From positions 10,591-74,590 of the forward strand of contig JANNXQ010000055.1 of NCBI GenBank assembly GCA_031409655.1: 64,000 nucleotides of DNA. Direction: 5' to 3'. The position numbers and the translations under genes were made by a program. The notes under the pieces were generated by a model. That model ran no database searches and was not told the DNA's origin. It saw only the letters and a program-made list of their open reading frames with translations. Every line of letters begins with the position of its first letter. The stretch's first letter is position 1. Shown here piece after piece: positions 47,485 through 57,731 of the stretch. The DNA is from Chthoniobacteraceae bacterium. GTDB lineage: Bacteria; Verrucomicrobiota; Verrucomicrobiia; Chthoniobacterales; Chthoniobacteraceae.

Positions 47485-48369
47485 ATGACCCTCCGGATCT
47501 TCCTCAGTTTGCTCGCCTCCACGCTCGTCTCTTTCGGGGCTCACCCATTTCTTTGCTGCGACTACGGGGGAGGGAAAGTTTGCGTGGTCGATGCGGCCGG
47601 AGGAATCGAGTGGCAGTATGACTGCAAAAATCCCCAGGACTGCTGGCGACTGCCAAATGGGAACACGCTCTTCTGCTTTGTGAACGGCGCGCTGGAACTG
47701 AAACCGGATAAGTCCGTGGTCTGGGAATACAAAGCGCCCGCGAAGACCGAGGTCCACGCGTGCCAGCCATTGCCGGATGGCAAAGTGATGTTAGTCGAAT
47801 GCGGGACCAGCCGGATCATCGAAGTGGATCGCGCCGGGAAGATCGTCAAAGAGATCAAACTCACGACCAAGCCCGAAGTGAAGTTGCACAATCAATTCCG
47901 GGGCACCCGCAAACTCGCGAACGGGCACTACCTCGTCTGCTTCAAAGGCGAGAATCGCGTGGTGGAACTCGACGGCGACGGCCGGGAACTCCGCAGCATC
48001 GCGGTCGCCGGTGATCCTCATGGTGCCCTCGCGCTGCCTGGCGGAAATATTCTCATCACCTGCGGAGATGGGCACAAAGTCGTGGAGGTCGATCCCGCGG
48101 ACAAAGTGGTCTGGGAGCTGAACGAGAACGACCTTCCCGGCAACCCGCTGCGGCTCATGGCCGGCGCCCAGCGACTACCCAATGGCAACACCATCCTCTG
48201 TGTGTATCTCGGCCACGGCCACATCGGCGAGCAACCACAGGTGATCGAAGTCACACCCGACAAAAAGGTCGTCTGGCACTTCGCTGACCACGCGCACTTT
48301 AAGACGATCAATCAGATCCAGCGGCTCGATGTGCCCGGCGACGTGACCAGAGGAGAGATCCTGCGCTAA
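47485..48369 (+). CDS. Secreted beta-propeller repeat protein
   Basis: Signal peptide; repeated RLPNGNTL/LPDGKVM/LANGHYL and EVTPDKKVVW motifs. Confidence 0.7.
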   Translation: MTLRIFLSLLASTLVSFGAHPFLCCDYGGGKVCVVDAAGGIEWQYDCKNPQDCWRLPNGNTLFCFVNGALELKPDKSVVWEYKAPAKTEVHACQPLPDGKVMLVECGTSRIIEVDRAGKIVKEIKLTTKPEVKLHNQFRGTRKLANGHYLVCFKGENRVVELDGDGRELRSIAVAGDPHGALALPGGNILITCGDGHKVVEVDPADKVVWELNENDLPGNPLRLMAGAQRLPNGNTILCVYLGHGHIGEQPQVIEVTPDKKVVWHFADHAHFKTINQIQRLDVPGDVTRGEILR

Positions 48370-48553
48370 CGCTGAATAACTCGAACGTCTTCGGAGCGAC
48401 GTGCGACGCCATTCAGTTTGAGCCACGTTCCCTCAGCTCCAAGGTGGGACGGAATGTGCTCCCCCACCAAGCAATCATCGCTGATCGAGCGCGTCTCTCG
48501 ATCGCCGCAAAGGCGGTTGCAGACGCTCCGATCTGATCTCTAGTCTCGCGCCA

Positions 48554-49153
48554 ATGCTCCGAAAGTTCATCCTCCTCGCCCTCGCCGGTCTGCTCACCGG
48601 TTGCGCCACCAAGGATCGCGTCCATACGATGCGGGTCAGTGTTCCGGAGCAGAAGATGGCCGTTTATAAACGCGGCGTGGAGATCGCCCGCTACGATGTC
48701 TCGACTTCCAAGTTCGGCCTCGGTGATCGGCGCGGGAGCAACTGCACGCCGCTCGGGCGCATGGAGGTCGCCAAAAAAGTCGGCGGCGGCCAGCGCCTCG
48801 GGATGAAATTTAAAAGCCGCCGCCCCACTGGCGAGATCGTGCCGGTCAATGCCCCGGGCCGCGATCCGATCGTCACCCGGATCTTGTGGCTGCGCGGCCT
48901 CGAAAGACAGAACTCCAACGCCTACCGCCGGACCATCTACATCCACGGCACCGCGGAAGAGTGGAAGGTCGGGACGCCGGCGAGCTACGGTTGCATCCGG
49001 ATGCGCTCGCGCGATGTCGTCGCGCTCTACGACATCGTCGGCAAAGGAGCCGAAGTGTATGTGACCACCGACCCTCTTCCGATGCCGATGGGGATGCCGA
49101 TGCCGATGCCGTTGGTGCAGGCCGCACCGCCGCCCGCTCCGCCCACGCTGTAG
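48554..49153 (+). CDS. L,D-transpeptidase (YkuD) lipoprotein
   Basis: Lipobox LTGC; TPLG, IYIHGT...PASYGCIRM catalytic motif. Confidence 0.9.
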   Translation: MLRKFILLALAGLLTGCATKDRVHTMRVSVPEQKMAVYKRGVEIARYDVSTSKFGLGDRRGSNCTPLGRMEVAKKVGGGQRLGMKFKSRRPTGEIVPVNAPGRDPIVTRILWLRGLERQNSNAYRRTIYIHGTAEEWKVGTPASYGCIRMRSRDVVALYDIVGKGAEVYVTTDPLPMPMGMPMPMPLVQAAPPPAPPTL

Positions 49154-49154
49154 C

Positions 49155-49940
49155 TCAAGCGGGCCGCCACACCGTCTCGTCGCGGATGTCGGCGAGGAAG
49201 GGGAGGTCGCGGCGATATGCGGCGAGCGCCGGCAGGTCGAGTTCCGCACTGATGAGGCCTGCGCGGTCGGCGGCGTCGGCGACGATTTCGCCGCGGAAAT
49301 CCACGATGAGACTCCGGCCCGAGTAGTGCAGGTGCGGATCACTGCCGACCCGGTTCACACCCGCGACATAACACTGATTCTCGATCGCCCGGGCCTGGAG
49401 TAATTTCACCCACTGCCCGAGCCGCGCATCGGGCCAACTCGCGATGACGGTGATGAGGTCCACTCCTGCTCGGGCGACGGGGCGGAAGATCTCCGGAAAA
49501 CGCAGATCGTAGCAGATGAAGGGCGCCACGCGGCACGCGCTCCACGGAAAGATGACGGGAGCATCACCAGGCGAAAACGCCGCCCTCTCGCCGCCAAGCG
49601 TGAAGGGCTGCAGCTTGCCGTAGCGCGCCATCTCGCAACCCTCGGGCGAGAAAATCACAGCTTCATTGCGACCGCGGCCATCCGCCCCAGTATTCACGAC
49701 TCCGCCCTCGATGAAGATCCCGCGCTCCTTTGCGAGGTCCGCCAGGAACCGCTCGGACTCACGCGCCGCGCCTTCGGCGATCACCGCCACGTCGATGCTG
49801 AATCCCGTGGAAAACATTTCCGCAAAAATCAGCAGTGAGCCGGGGGGAATCTCGACATCGGCGAGCAGCGGGCGAATCCGCGCGTGGGTCGCCGCTTTGT
49901 TTTCCCAAACGATGTCGTGCTGGCAGCAGCAGACCTTCAT
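49155..49940 (-). CDS. Carbon-nitrogen hydrolase (nitrilase superfamily, omega-amidase-like)
   Basis: EMFSTGF, YGKLQPF, ICYDLRFPE (E-K-C triad), ARAIENQCYV. Confidence 0.9.
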   Translation of the reverse strand: MKVCCCQHDIVWENKAATHARIRPLLADVEIPPGSLLIFAEMFSTGFSIDVAVIAEGAARESERFLADLAKERGIFIEGGVVNTGADGRGRNEAVIFSPEGCEMARYGKLQPFTLGGERAAFSPGDAPVIFPWSACRVAPFICYDLRFPEIFRPVARAGVDLITVIASWPDARLGQWVKLLQARAIENQCYVAGVNRVGSDPHLHYSGRSLIVDFRGEIVADAADRAGLISAELDLPALAAYRRDLPFLADIRDETVWRPA

Positions 49941-51016
49941 GGCAATTCGAGGCTCCAGACTTCGGGGGTGCGCAGGCGCGGGCGCACCTCGCCATTTGGG
50001 ATCACGTAGCGCTGCTGCCAGCGCACGGTGGGTACGGTCGCGCGCGAAACCGGAATTTCACCCGCGATCGTCCACTGATCGGTGCGGACATCGTAAGCGA
50101 GCGCCGTGCGGGGAAATCCCGGGTGCTTTTCGACTGGCGCAAAGGTGACATGCGCGCCGTCGTCACCGCTCACAATGAGCAGGCCCGATTCACTGAAAAC
50201 CGCCGCCGGGCTGGGCGCGGCGACGGCGGCGCGAGGCAGGTCGGCGAGCCGCGTCCAGCCTTTGTCCGGCGTGAATCGCCAGGCATCCCTGAGATATTCA
50301 CGCGCCGGCTTCCCATCGGGCCCCGGTGCCAGCGCCACTCCACTGAAGAGAAAAAACGAACCTTCCAACGCTCCGGCAACGGCGTGCATGCGCGCCGGTC
50401 CTGGACAAGGCTCGAGCTCCCGCCAGCGCGGCTCGGACTCCGCGAGATCGAGCGCCCAAAAAGTCTTCAGCGCAGTCGTGGAGGTCGGCGTTTCAAGACC
50501 GCCCGCGACGTAGATGGTGCTGCCGAGCGCTGCGCCGCAGGCGTTCGCACAGGAGTTCGGCAATGCCGGGAGCACGTCCATCACGAGACGATCGCTCTGC
50601 CAGCTCAGTGCGAAGACCTCACGGTAATGCTGCGTCGCGTCGCTGCCGCCGATACCGATCACCCGGTCACCGACCGTCGCGGACACTCCGTAGCCGAGCG
50701 GCCGCGGCAACTTGAACGTCGTCGTCCGCCAGCGCCCCTTCGCCGGATCGAAGAGGAAGACCGAGTCGTACCATTTCTTCACAAAGACCTCGGCCCACTT
50801 GTCCTCGGGGATGTTCGCGCCGCCCGCCACGATCAACGCTCCACCGCTGACGCCCGCAAAAGGCGCAGCGAATCCTTCGGCATCGGGGATCGGCGGCAAT
50901 TGGCTCCAGCGCATCGTCGGATGCGCAGCGTGCAGCGAGAGCGCGAGGAACCCAAGCGCCAAGAAAACCACGGGCGCTGCGGGGAAATGGAAAAGTGCGG
51001 TGCGGGAGGCGTCCAT
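49937..51016 (-). CDS. Kelch-repeat beta-propeller protein (NanM/mutarotase-like)
   Basis: LIVAGGAN, GIGGSD, IYVAGG, FLFSG and LIVSG repeats with W between blades; start approximate. Confidence 0.75.
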   Translation of the reverse strand: MDASRTALFHFPAAPVVFLALGFLALSLHAAHPTMRWSQLPPIPDAEGFAAPFAGVSGGALIVAGGANIPEDKWAEVFVKKWYDSVFLFDPAKGRWRTTTFKLPRPLGYGVSATVGDRVIGIGGSDATQHYREVFALSWQSDRLVMDVLPALPNSCANACGAALGSTIYVAGGLETPTSTTALKTFWALDLAESEPRWRELEPCPGPARMHAVAGALEGSFFLFSGVALAPGPDGKPAREYLRDAWRFTPDKGWTRLADLPRAAVAAPSPAAVFSESGLLIVSGDDGAHVTFAPVEKHPGFPRTALAYDVRTDQWTIAGEIPVSRATVPTVRWQQRYVIPNGEVRPRLRTPEVWSLELP

Positions 51017-51110
51017 CCGTCGCGAGCATGGGCATCTCGATTCCGCCACCCAAGCTCCAAAGAAATACAAGTTCTTGGGGATTCGAGTCTGGCGTTTCAT
51101 TCTCCAAACC

Positions 51111-54026
51111 ATGTCCCTTTTTCCTCGCATCCTCGTCGCGGCGCTGCTTTTCGTTCCGGACGCCTTTGCCGAGCCGCCGGCGATTTCTCTCCCGGACGGG
51201 CTCACCGCCACGCTCGTCGCGGCGCCGCCGCTGATCGCCCATCCCGTGATGGCCGCGCCCGGTCCTCCCGGCGTGCTCTTCGTCTGCGACATGGCTGGCC
51301 TGAATCTGAACAAAGCCGAACTCGAAGCGCAGCGGCCAAACCGCGTCGTGCGCCTCGCGGACACCGATGGCGACGGCATCTACGACACGCAGACTGTCTT
51401 CGCCGATCAGCTCACGTTTCCCAATGGCGGCGTGTGGCTCGGCGATTCGCTCTACGTCTGCTCCGCGCCGGGTCTCTGGCGCTTCACCGATGCCGATGGC
51501 GACGGCGTCGCCGAGACCCGCACCGCGATCGTCACCGGCTTCGACTACACGGGCAACGCCGCCGACTTGCACGGCCCCTTCCTCCACCCGGATGGCCGCC
51601 TCTACTGGTGCCATGGACGCAAGAGCTACAGCGCCACGCAGAGCGATGGCCAGGTCGTCGCGACGGGCGCTTCGTCTGGCATCTGGTCGTGCCGCCCGGA
51701 TGGTCTCGACCTCCGCTGGCACTCCCTCGTCGCCGGCGACAATCCCGTGAAACTCGACTTCACCCCGGAAGGCGACGTCATCGGCTCGATGAACCTTTAC
51801 TTCAGCCGCCCGCGCGGCGACGTCATCATGCACTGGTTGCGCGGCGGCGTGTATCCGCGCGAGGATCAAAAGAAGGTGATCGAAGGTCTGCCACGCACGC
51901 TGGAGGTGATGCCAGTCGTCCATAACTTCGGCCACGTCGCCGTCTCCGGCTGCGCCTTTCATCGCTCCGGCGCGCTCGATCCCGACTGGCGCGGGCACCT
52001 CTTCGTCACGCACTTCAATACCGGCCGCCTCACCCGCATGGAGATGACGCGCGATGGCGCCACTTTCAAAGTCGCCGAGCGCGAGTTTCTGAAAATGCAG
52101 AACCCCGACGCCCATCTCACCGACGTGCTCGAGGACCGCGACGGCTCGCTGCTCGTCGTCGATACTGGCGGCTGGTTTCGTAATGGCTGCCCATCTTCGC
52201 TGATCGCCAAACCCAACGTGGCCGGCGCGATCTATCGCATCCAGCGCAAAGGGGGCGCGGCGCAGTGCGAGCCGTGGGGTGCGGCGACGGCGGAGGTGTG
52301 GACGCTGGCGCAAAAAGGGGGCGCGGACAGCGTGCAGAAGCTCGCCGAGCTCCTCGACGCTGAGGATTTGAATGTTGCCCGCGCCGCGGCGAATGCACTC
52401 GCTTCGCTCGCCGATCCCTCATCTGCCAAGGCCCTCGCCGCCGCGCTCTATCAGCGCGATCCGGCAGTGCAACTGGCCGCCACCGCCGGCCTCGGAGTCT
52501 TGCCGCAGCTCAGTGAAAAAGCGATCAACACCCTGCTCCGACAACTCGACGGACCGCTCGAGCCCGCGCTCGAACATCAGACCATGGAGACGCTCATCCG
52601 CGGCATCGCAAATCGCAGCGAGACCCTCGTCGCAAAGCTCGGCTCCGGCGGATCGGCGAACGCGCAGCGCTGCATCCTCCGCATCCTCGAGCAAATGCCC
52701 GCTTCTCCGCTCACCGCCGCCCACGTCATCCCGCTGCTCGATGCCAAAGACGCCACCCTCGCGCAAGCCGCCGCCGAAATCCTCGCCCGCCACCCGGCCT
52801 GGCTGCCCGCCTTCGCCGAACACCTCTCCGGACGCGCGAGCGATACCGCGCTCCCACCCGACCAACTCGCCCTCATCGAGACCGCGCTGAAATCCGGTGC
52901 CGCCGACGCCACCGTCCGCACGCTGCTCACGCATTTCATCACCAGCGAAAACGCCGCCGAGCAGCGCACCGCCTGGCGCATCCTCGCCGCGTCGAGCACC
53001 GGCACCCCGGAGGCGGACTGGATCCCGCCGCTCAAACTCGCCCTCGCCGATGGTGCCCCCGCCGATCAATCGCTCGTCATCTCCGCCATCGCCCGCTTTC
53101 ACGCGCCGGAACTCGACGCCGCGCTCACGGAATTCGCCGGCGACGAAAAGCGCCCCCTCGCCCTGCGTCTCCGCGCCCTCACCGCCGCACCGAAAGCCAA
53201 GACCATCCTCTCCGCCGATTCCTTCCGCTTCCTCGAAGACACCCTCACGCAGAGCCCCTCGCCCGCCGCACGACTCGAAGCCGCCCAGCTCCTCGCCACC
53301 GCAAAACTAGACAAAGACCTCCTCCTCAAACTCGCAACCTCGCTCCCGAAAATCGGCCCGCTTGAACTGCGCGAACTCCTCGCCACCGTCCGGCGCGCCA
53401 AGGAACCCGAGGTCGGCACCGCCTGGGCCACCGCCCTGCGCGACGCTCCCGCCCTCGGCTCCGTCTCCGAGAGCGAAGTGCGCACCATCTTCAGCGCCCA
53501 GGCACCGGAGGTCTTCGAGATCGTCGCGCCCGCCATCCGCGCCGCCGCTGCCGAGAGCGAGACGCAGCGCCGGCGCCTCGACACCCTGCCCGCCCAAGTC
53601 GCCGAAAGCGGCCGCCCCGAAGAAGGGCGCGCCCTTTTCACCTCCGGCAAAGGCGCGTGCGTCTCGTGTCATCGCATCGAAAATGTGGGCCACGTCGTCG
53701 GCCCGGAACTCAGCACCATCGGACGCATCCGCAGCCCCCGCGACCTCCTCGAATCCGTGCTCTTCCCCGACGCCAGCACCGCCCAAGGCTATGAAGCGCA
53801 CACCGTCGAAACCGCATCCGGCCAATCCCTCCTCGGCGTCATTCGCCGGAATCTCCCCGACGCCATCGTCCTCGTCGATCCCACCGGCCAGGAGCAGACC
53901 ATCCCCCGGGCCCAGATCACCGGCCTGCAGCTCCTGCCTACTTCGCTCATGCCGCCTGGCCTCGACCGCACCCTCACCGAGCAGGAACTGCTCGACCTCG
54001 TCGCCTACCTCGCGAGCCGAAAGTAG
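51111..54026 (+). CDS. PVC-type membrane-bound dehydrogenase-like protein with HEAT repeats and c-type heme
   Basis: Signal peptide, DTDGDG propeller repeats, HEAT repeats, CVSCH, VGPELSTIG, SLMPPGL. Confidence 0.85.
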   Translation: MSLFPRILVAALLFVPDAFAEPPAISLPDGLTATLVAAPPLIAHPVMAAPGPPGVLFVCDMAGLNLNKAELEAQRPNRVVRLADTDGDGIYDTQTVFADQLTFPNGGVWLGDSLYVCSAPGLWRFTDADGDGVAETRTAIVTGFDYTGNAADLHGPFLHPDGRLYWCHGRKSYSATQSDGQVVATGASSGIWSCRPDGLDLRWHSLVAGDNPVKLDFTPEGDVIGSMNLYFSRPRGDVIMHWLRGGVYPREDQKKVIEGLPRTLEVMPVVHNFGHVAVSGCAFHRSGALDPDWRGHLFVTHFNTGRLTRMEMTRDGATFKVAEREFLKMQNPDAHLTDVLEDRDGSLLVVDTGGWFRNGCPSSLIAKPNVAGAIYRIQRKGGAAQCEPWGAATAEVWTLAQKGGADSVQKLAELLDAEDLNVARAAANALASLADPSSAKALAAALYQRDPAVQLAATAGLGVLPQLSEKAINTLLRQLDGPLEPALEHQTMETLIRGIANRSETLVAKLGSGGSANAQRCILRILEQMPASPLTAAHVIPLLDAKDATLAQAAAEILARHPAWLPAFAEHLSGRASDTALPPDQLALIETALKSGAADATVRTLLTHFITSENAAEQRTAWRILAASSTGTPEADWIPPLKLALADGAPADQSLVISAIARFHAPELDAALTEFAGDEKRPLALRLRALTAAPKAKTILSADSFRFLEDTLTQSPSPAARLEAAQLLATAKLDKDLLLKLATSLPKIGPLELRELLATVRRAKEPEVGTAWATALRDAPALGSVSESEVRTIFSAQAPEVFEIVAPAIRAAAAESETQRRRLDTLPAQVAESGRPEEGRALFTSGKGACVSCHRIENVGHVVGPELSTIGRIRSPRDLLESVLFPDASTAQGYEAHTVETASGQSLLGVIRRNLPDAIVLVDPTGQEQTIPRAQITGLQLLPTSLMPPGLDRTLTEQELLDLVAYLASRK

Positions 54027-54032
54027 CGCCCG

Positions 54033-55049
54033 CTACATCGTCCGCCCCGCTGCCGCCATGAAAGGATGCAGATCCTTCATGAGTTGCGCAAAGGCCGCGA
54101 AATCCACCTGCTGCTGCCCGTCACTCATCGCCTTTGCCGGATTCGGATGCACCTCGATCAGCAGGCCGTCCGCGCCCATCGCCGTCGCCCCGCGACAGAG
54201 CATCTTCACCAGATCCGCGCGGCCCGCGCCCTGGCTCGGATCGATGATGATCGGCAGATGCGACTCCTGCTTGATGATCGCCACCGCCGCCAGATCCAGC
54301 GTGTTCCGCGTGTAGGTCTCGAAAGTGCGGATGCCCCGTTCGCAGAAGAGCACCTTCGAATTTCCGTGCGCCAGGATGTACTCCGCCGCGAGCAGCCATT
54401 CATCGATCCGCTGACTCAACCCCCGCTTCAGCAGGATCGGCTTCCCCGTCTTCGCCGCCGCGATCAGCAGTTGGAAGTTCTGCGCATTGCGCGCTCCGAT
54501 TTGCAGGATGTCCGCATGCTCCGCCACTTCCTCCACGTGCGCTTCAGCGAGTAGCTCTGTGATGATCTTCAGCCCCGTCTCCTTCTTCGCCAGCGAGAGC
54601 AGGCGCAGCCCCTCCGAGCCCAGCCCCTGGAATTCGTACGGCGACGTCCGCGGCTTGAAAGCCCCCCCGCGCAGGATCGTCGCCCCCGCCGCCTTCACTG
54701 CCTGCGCCGTCGTCAGCAGTTGCTCCTCACTTTCCACCGAGCACGGCCCCGCCATCACCGTGAAGCGACCCCCACCCACCGGCAGCCCATCCACATCGAT
54801 CACCGAATCCCGCGGATGCGACTCCCGGCTCACCAGCTTGTAGCGCTTCTGCACCGGCATCACCTTTTCCACCTGGGGCATGGCGATCAGCGACTCCAGC
54901 GTATGGTGCGTCCGCTCATCCCCGATCGCCGCCACGATCGACTGCTCCGTCCCGAAGATCGGCCGCGGATCATACCCCAGCTTGCGCACTTCTTCGATCA
55001 CCTCATCGACTTTATCGCGAGGAGTATTGGGGCGGAGGACGACGATCAT
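54033..55049 (-). CDS. aroF: DAHP synthase, class I-beta with N-terminal regulatory domain
   Basis: AGPCSVES, GGAFKPRTSPY, QIGARNAQNF, LLKRG, CERGIRTFE, IEVHPNP, SDG. Confidence 0.93.
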   Translation of the reverse strand: MIVVLRPNTPRDKVDEVIEEVRKLGYDPRPIFGTEQSIVAAIGDERTHHTLESLIAMPQVEKVMPVQKRYKLVSRESHPRDSVIDVDGLPVGGGRFTVMAGPCSVESEEQLLTTAQAVKAAGATILRGGAFKPRTSPYEFQGLGSEGLRLLSLAKKETGLKIITELLAEAHVEEVAEHADILQIGARNAQNFQLLIAAAKTGKPILLKRGLSQRIDEWLLAAEYILAHGNSKVLFCERGIRTFETYTRNTLDLAAVAIIKQESHLPIIIDPSQGAGRADLVKMLCRGATAMGADGLLIEVHPNPAKAMSDGQQQVDFAAFAQLMKDLHPFMAAAGRTM

Positions 55050-55424
55050 GGCAGCAGGGGATGGTTGGAGGCGTTGGAGAAAAAAGCGGCGCTCGAACCC
55101 ATCGACCACAGCCGGAGACACCGGATGAAAACGAAAGCCCGTCGCGCACACCCGCACCTTCTACCCACACCCCGCCGCCCACACCAACGCGAATCCGCGC
55201 AATCCATCGCCGTCGTCCATCCTGTCTCCCCACCCTCCACCCGAGCGTCACGGAGATCCCTCCATGCAACGTGCTGACGCTCCCAATCCCGTCCGACGGA
55301 CGGACGGTTGAAACTCCGAGGCGAAAGCGCGCCTCTGGATCATCCTGGCTTGTTTAACAAGAGTTCCTTGCTGGCTCTGCGGCAAAGCAACCTTCCGGGT
55401 TAGGCGTTGCCGCCATTCGGACGA

Positions 55425-55591
55425 GCAGCCTGTTGAAAAACCTCTGGGGCCTCGGTGGATGGCGCCGCTCCGCGCGCCATGACTCACTTCGCGCCCAGCG
55501 CCACTCTGAAAGATGGGCCTGCGGCCTGAGTTCGGCTGGGCGCGCGGAGCGACGCCATCCACCGAGGATGCGCTTTCCAACAGCGTACTAG
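55425..55591. mobile_element. MITE/REP-like palindromic element
   Basis: 29-bp inverted repeat 55450-55478 / 55539-55567 (1 mismatch) inside outer imperfect ends ctgttgaaaa / tttccaacag, finishing at ctag. Confidence 0.55.
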
Positions 55592-55977
55592 GCGATTGGC
55601 GTGCAAAGCTCGACAAGGTTGCCATTCAGGTCACGAACGTAAGCGACGGTCTGGCCCCACGGTTTTTGTTTTGGTGGATTGGCGGGAACTGCGCCCGCTG
55701 CTATGGCTCGGGCAAATACGGCGGCAACGTCCCCGGTGGAAAAAGCGACCTCGAAGGCAGGTGGCGGTTGCCGAAGGTCGGATGGGGTGACGCCGCCCTC
55801 GATGTTGGATGAAGCCAAGCTGAGACTTGCAAAGGAGAGTGTCGTCTCTCCGGTCTGAAGCTCGGCATAGTCACCGCCCTCGTGGATGAAACGACGTTGG
55901 AAACCGAAGGCGCTCTCGTAAAACTCAACCGCACGAGTAACGTCTGGAACGTAAAGAATGGTGTAAGCGAACTTCAT
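55588..55977 (-). CDS. VOC/glyoxalase family protein
   Basis: ILYVPDVTRAVEFYESAFG, FEVAF, KPWGQTVAYVRDLNGNLVEL. Confidence 0.9.
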   Translation of the reverse strand: MKFAYTILYVPDVTRAVEFYESAFGFQRRFIHEGGDYAELQTGETTLSFASLSLASSNIEGGVTPSDLRQPPPAFEVAFSTGDVAAVFARAIAAGAVPANPPKQKPWGQTVAYVRDLNGNLVELCTPIA

Positions 55978-56135
55978 GATTTCAGAGTGGGTGGCGCACG
56001 GGCTGGTGAAGTGGACGCGGATTGATCGCGCGGGCAAGTTCTTCGCCGGCGGTTTGGCCGCCAATGAATCGTCACGTTTCCTCGCGACGCCGCAGGATGG
56101 CCTTTGGCGGGTGGTTGGCCATGGCGCCGGCCAGG

Positions 56136-57641
56136 TCAACTTGCCAGCGCGGCCTGCTTTTTCAGCTCCTGGCTCGTGTCGATGGTTTCGACGAGCAGGT
56201 TGGCCACGGTCGGCCGGGCGTGGGCGCGAATGTAGATTTGGTAACTGAACAAGCCGGGAATGATCTTGATCAGGAAGGTATTGATCGCGAGGAGCGTCCG
56301 GGCCAGGGGGCCGTCGCCGATGGCGCGGGGATAGGGCGCGGGGATGCCGCCCAGGTGCGTTACTCTGTAGCCAGTCTGGGCAAAGAGTTCCTCGAGCGAA
56401 CTAAAGGTGAAGAGGCGCGTGTGGGTGCGATCGAGGATGCCTTTGCGCCCGTAGTTGAAGTGGCCGAGCAGGAGCATGAGGCGCGTAATGAAGAAGCTGA
56501 CGTTTGCCGTGGTCATCACGATCTCCGGGCGTTTCCGCACGGCGGCGGCGCGCAGCCTTTCCATGAAAAGCTCGGGATCGTGCAGGTGCTCGATGACGTC
56601 GAGGATGAAGATCTGGTCGAACTGCGAGACATCGACCGGGAACTTGCCGGTGTCGATGTCCCACTCCCGGAACTCGATCTTCGGATGGGTGGAAGGCCGC
56701 ACGTATTGATCGACGCCGACGACGGTGTCGGCGGTCTTGACCATTTCATCCGCGACGAGCCCGCGACCGCAGCCGATGTCGAGGACGCGTGAACCGGGCT
56801 TCACGGCCTCAAGGGCGAAGGTGTGCGAGGAGCGGAAACCGAGCTTCAGATCGTAAGTAAGTTCCACCTGACCGACGTCGAACTTGCGATCGTAGAGGAG
56901 ATTGTTCTCGTGGCATTTCGCCCGGAGCATCGTGCGGAAAATGTCCCACGCGTATTGCAGCCCATTGACGTGGCAAATTTCATCTCCGTAGAAAGTGGGG
57001 ATCGGGATCTCGACGATGCGCTGCCGGGCAAAGTGGAGCTGGATGATGATGTCGGTATCGAAGTGAAAGTCGTTGTCGTTGCGCTCGAAGGGGATGGCTT
57101 GCAGCGCCTTGGTGGAATAGAGCCGATAACCGGAGTGAAACTCGGAGAGGTTAGAGCCGAGCATCCAGTTTTGGAAGCCAGTGAGCACCTGGTTCCCGAT
57201 CCACTTGTAGTAAGGCATGCCGCCGTCGAGGGCGTCGCCCTTATTGATCATCCGCGAACCGAAGACGACATCGGCGTCACCGCGGAGGAGTGGCTCGAGC
57301 AGATCGGGCAATTTCTCCGGCGCATACTGTCCGTCGCCATGGAGCAGCGCCACGATGTCAAACCCGTGATCGATGGCATAGCGGTAGCCAAGTTTCTGAT
57401 TGCCGCCGTAGCGCTGGTTCTCGGGATTGCGGAGGATGGTGATCTTGAAATCGCTGTGCGGATCCTCGCGCTTCAGGCCGGTGTGGAAGGTGGAGTCCTT
57501 TGACGAGTCGTCGATGATGAGCACCTCGACGTTGCGATTGCGCAGCGCTTCCGGGATGCGGTCGAGGGTGCGCTCGATGGTTTTCTCGGCGTTGTAGGCG
57601 ACGACAAAAATGAGTACGCGCTTCTGGGCAAAGTCGATCAC
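56136..57641 (-). CDS. GT2 (DPM1-like) glycosyltransferase fused to a class I SAM methyltransferase
   Basis: VVAYNAE, IDDSSKD, YGGNQK, HGDGQY, HSGYRLY; VLDIGCGRG, LDVIEHL, GILDRTH. Confidence 0.88.
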   Translation of the reverse strand: MIDFAQKRVLIFVVAYNAEKTIERTLDRIPEALRNRNVEVLIIDDSSKDSTFHTGLKREDPHSDFKITILRNPENQRYGGNQKLGYRYAIDHGFDIVALLHGDGQYAPEKLPDLLEPLLRGDADVVFGSRMINKGDALDGGMPYYKWIGNQVLTGFQNWMLGSNLSEFHSGYRLYSTKALQAIPFERNDNDFHFDTDIIIQLHFARQRIVEIPIPTFYGDEICHVNGLQYAWDIFRTMLRAKCHENNLLYDRKFDVGQVELTYDLKLGFRSSHTFALEAVKPGSRVLDIGCGRGLVADEMVKTADTVVGVDQYVRPSTHPKIEFREWDIDTGKFPVDVSQFDQIFILDVIEHLHDPELFMERLRAAAVRKRPEIVMTTANVSFFITRLMLLLGHFNYGRKGILDRTHTRLFTFSSLEELFAQTGYRVTHLGGIPAPYPRAIGDGPLARTLLAINTFLIKIIPGLFSYQIYIRAHARPTVANLLVETIDTSQELKKQAALAS

Positions 57642-57731
57642 GGGCAGGAAGATACCGAAAAATCGGGAACCGGGAACCGGAAAGCGAGCCCACCCGCGCT
57701 GGAACCATGGCCCACGCCGCGCCGCCCGGAT

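Noticed and set aside
49079..49111. ccgatg hexamer run (PMPMGMPMPMP) in the L,D-transpeptidase tail
   Set aside because: Short in-frame low-complexity tail with no evidence of function.
55050..55270. Aromatic amino acid attenuator upstream of the DAHP synthase
   Set aside because: The short upstream ORF (MDDGDGLRGFALVWAAGCG) has no run of Phe/Tyr/Trp codons and no convincing terminator/antiterminator pair was seen.
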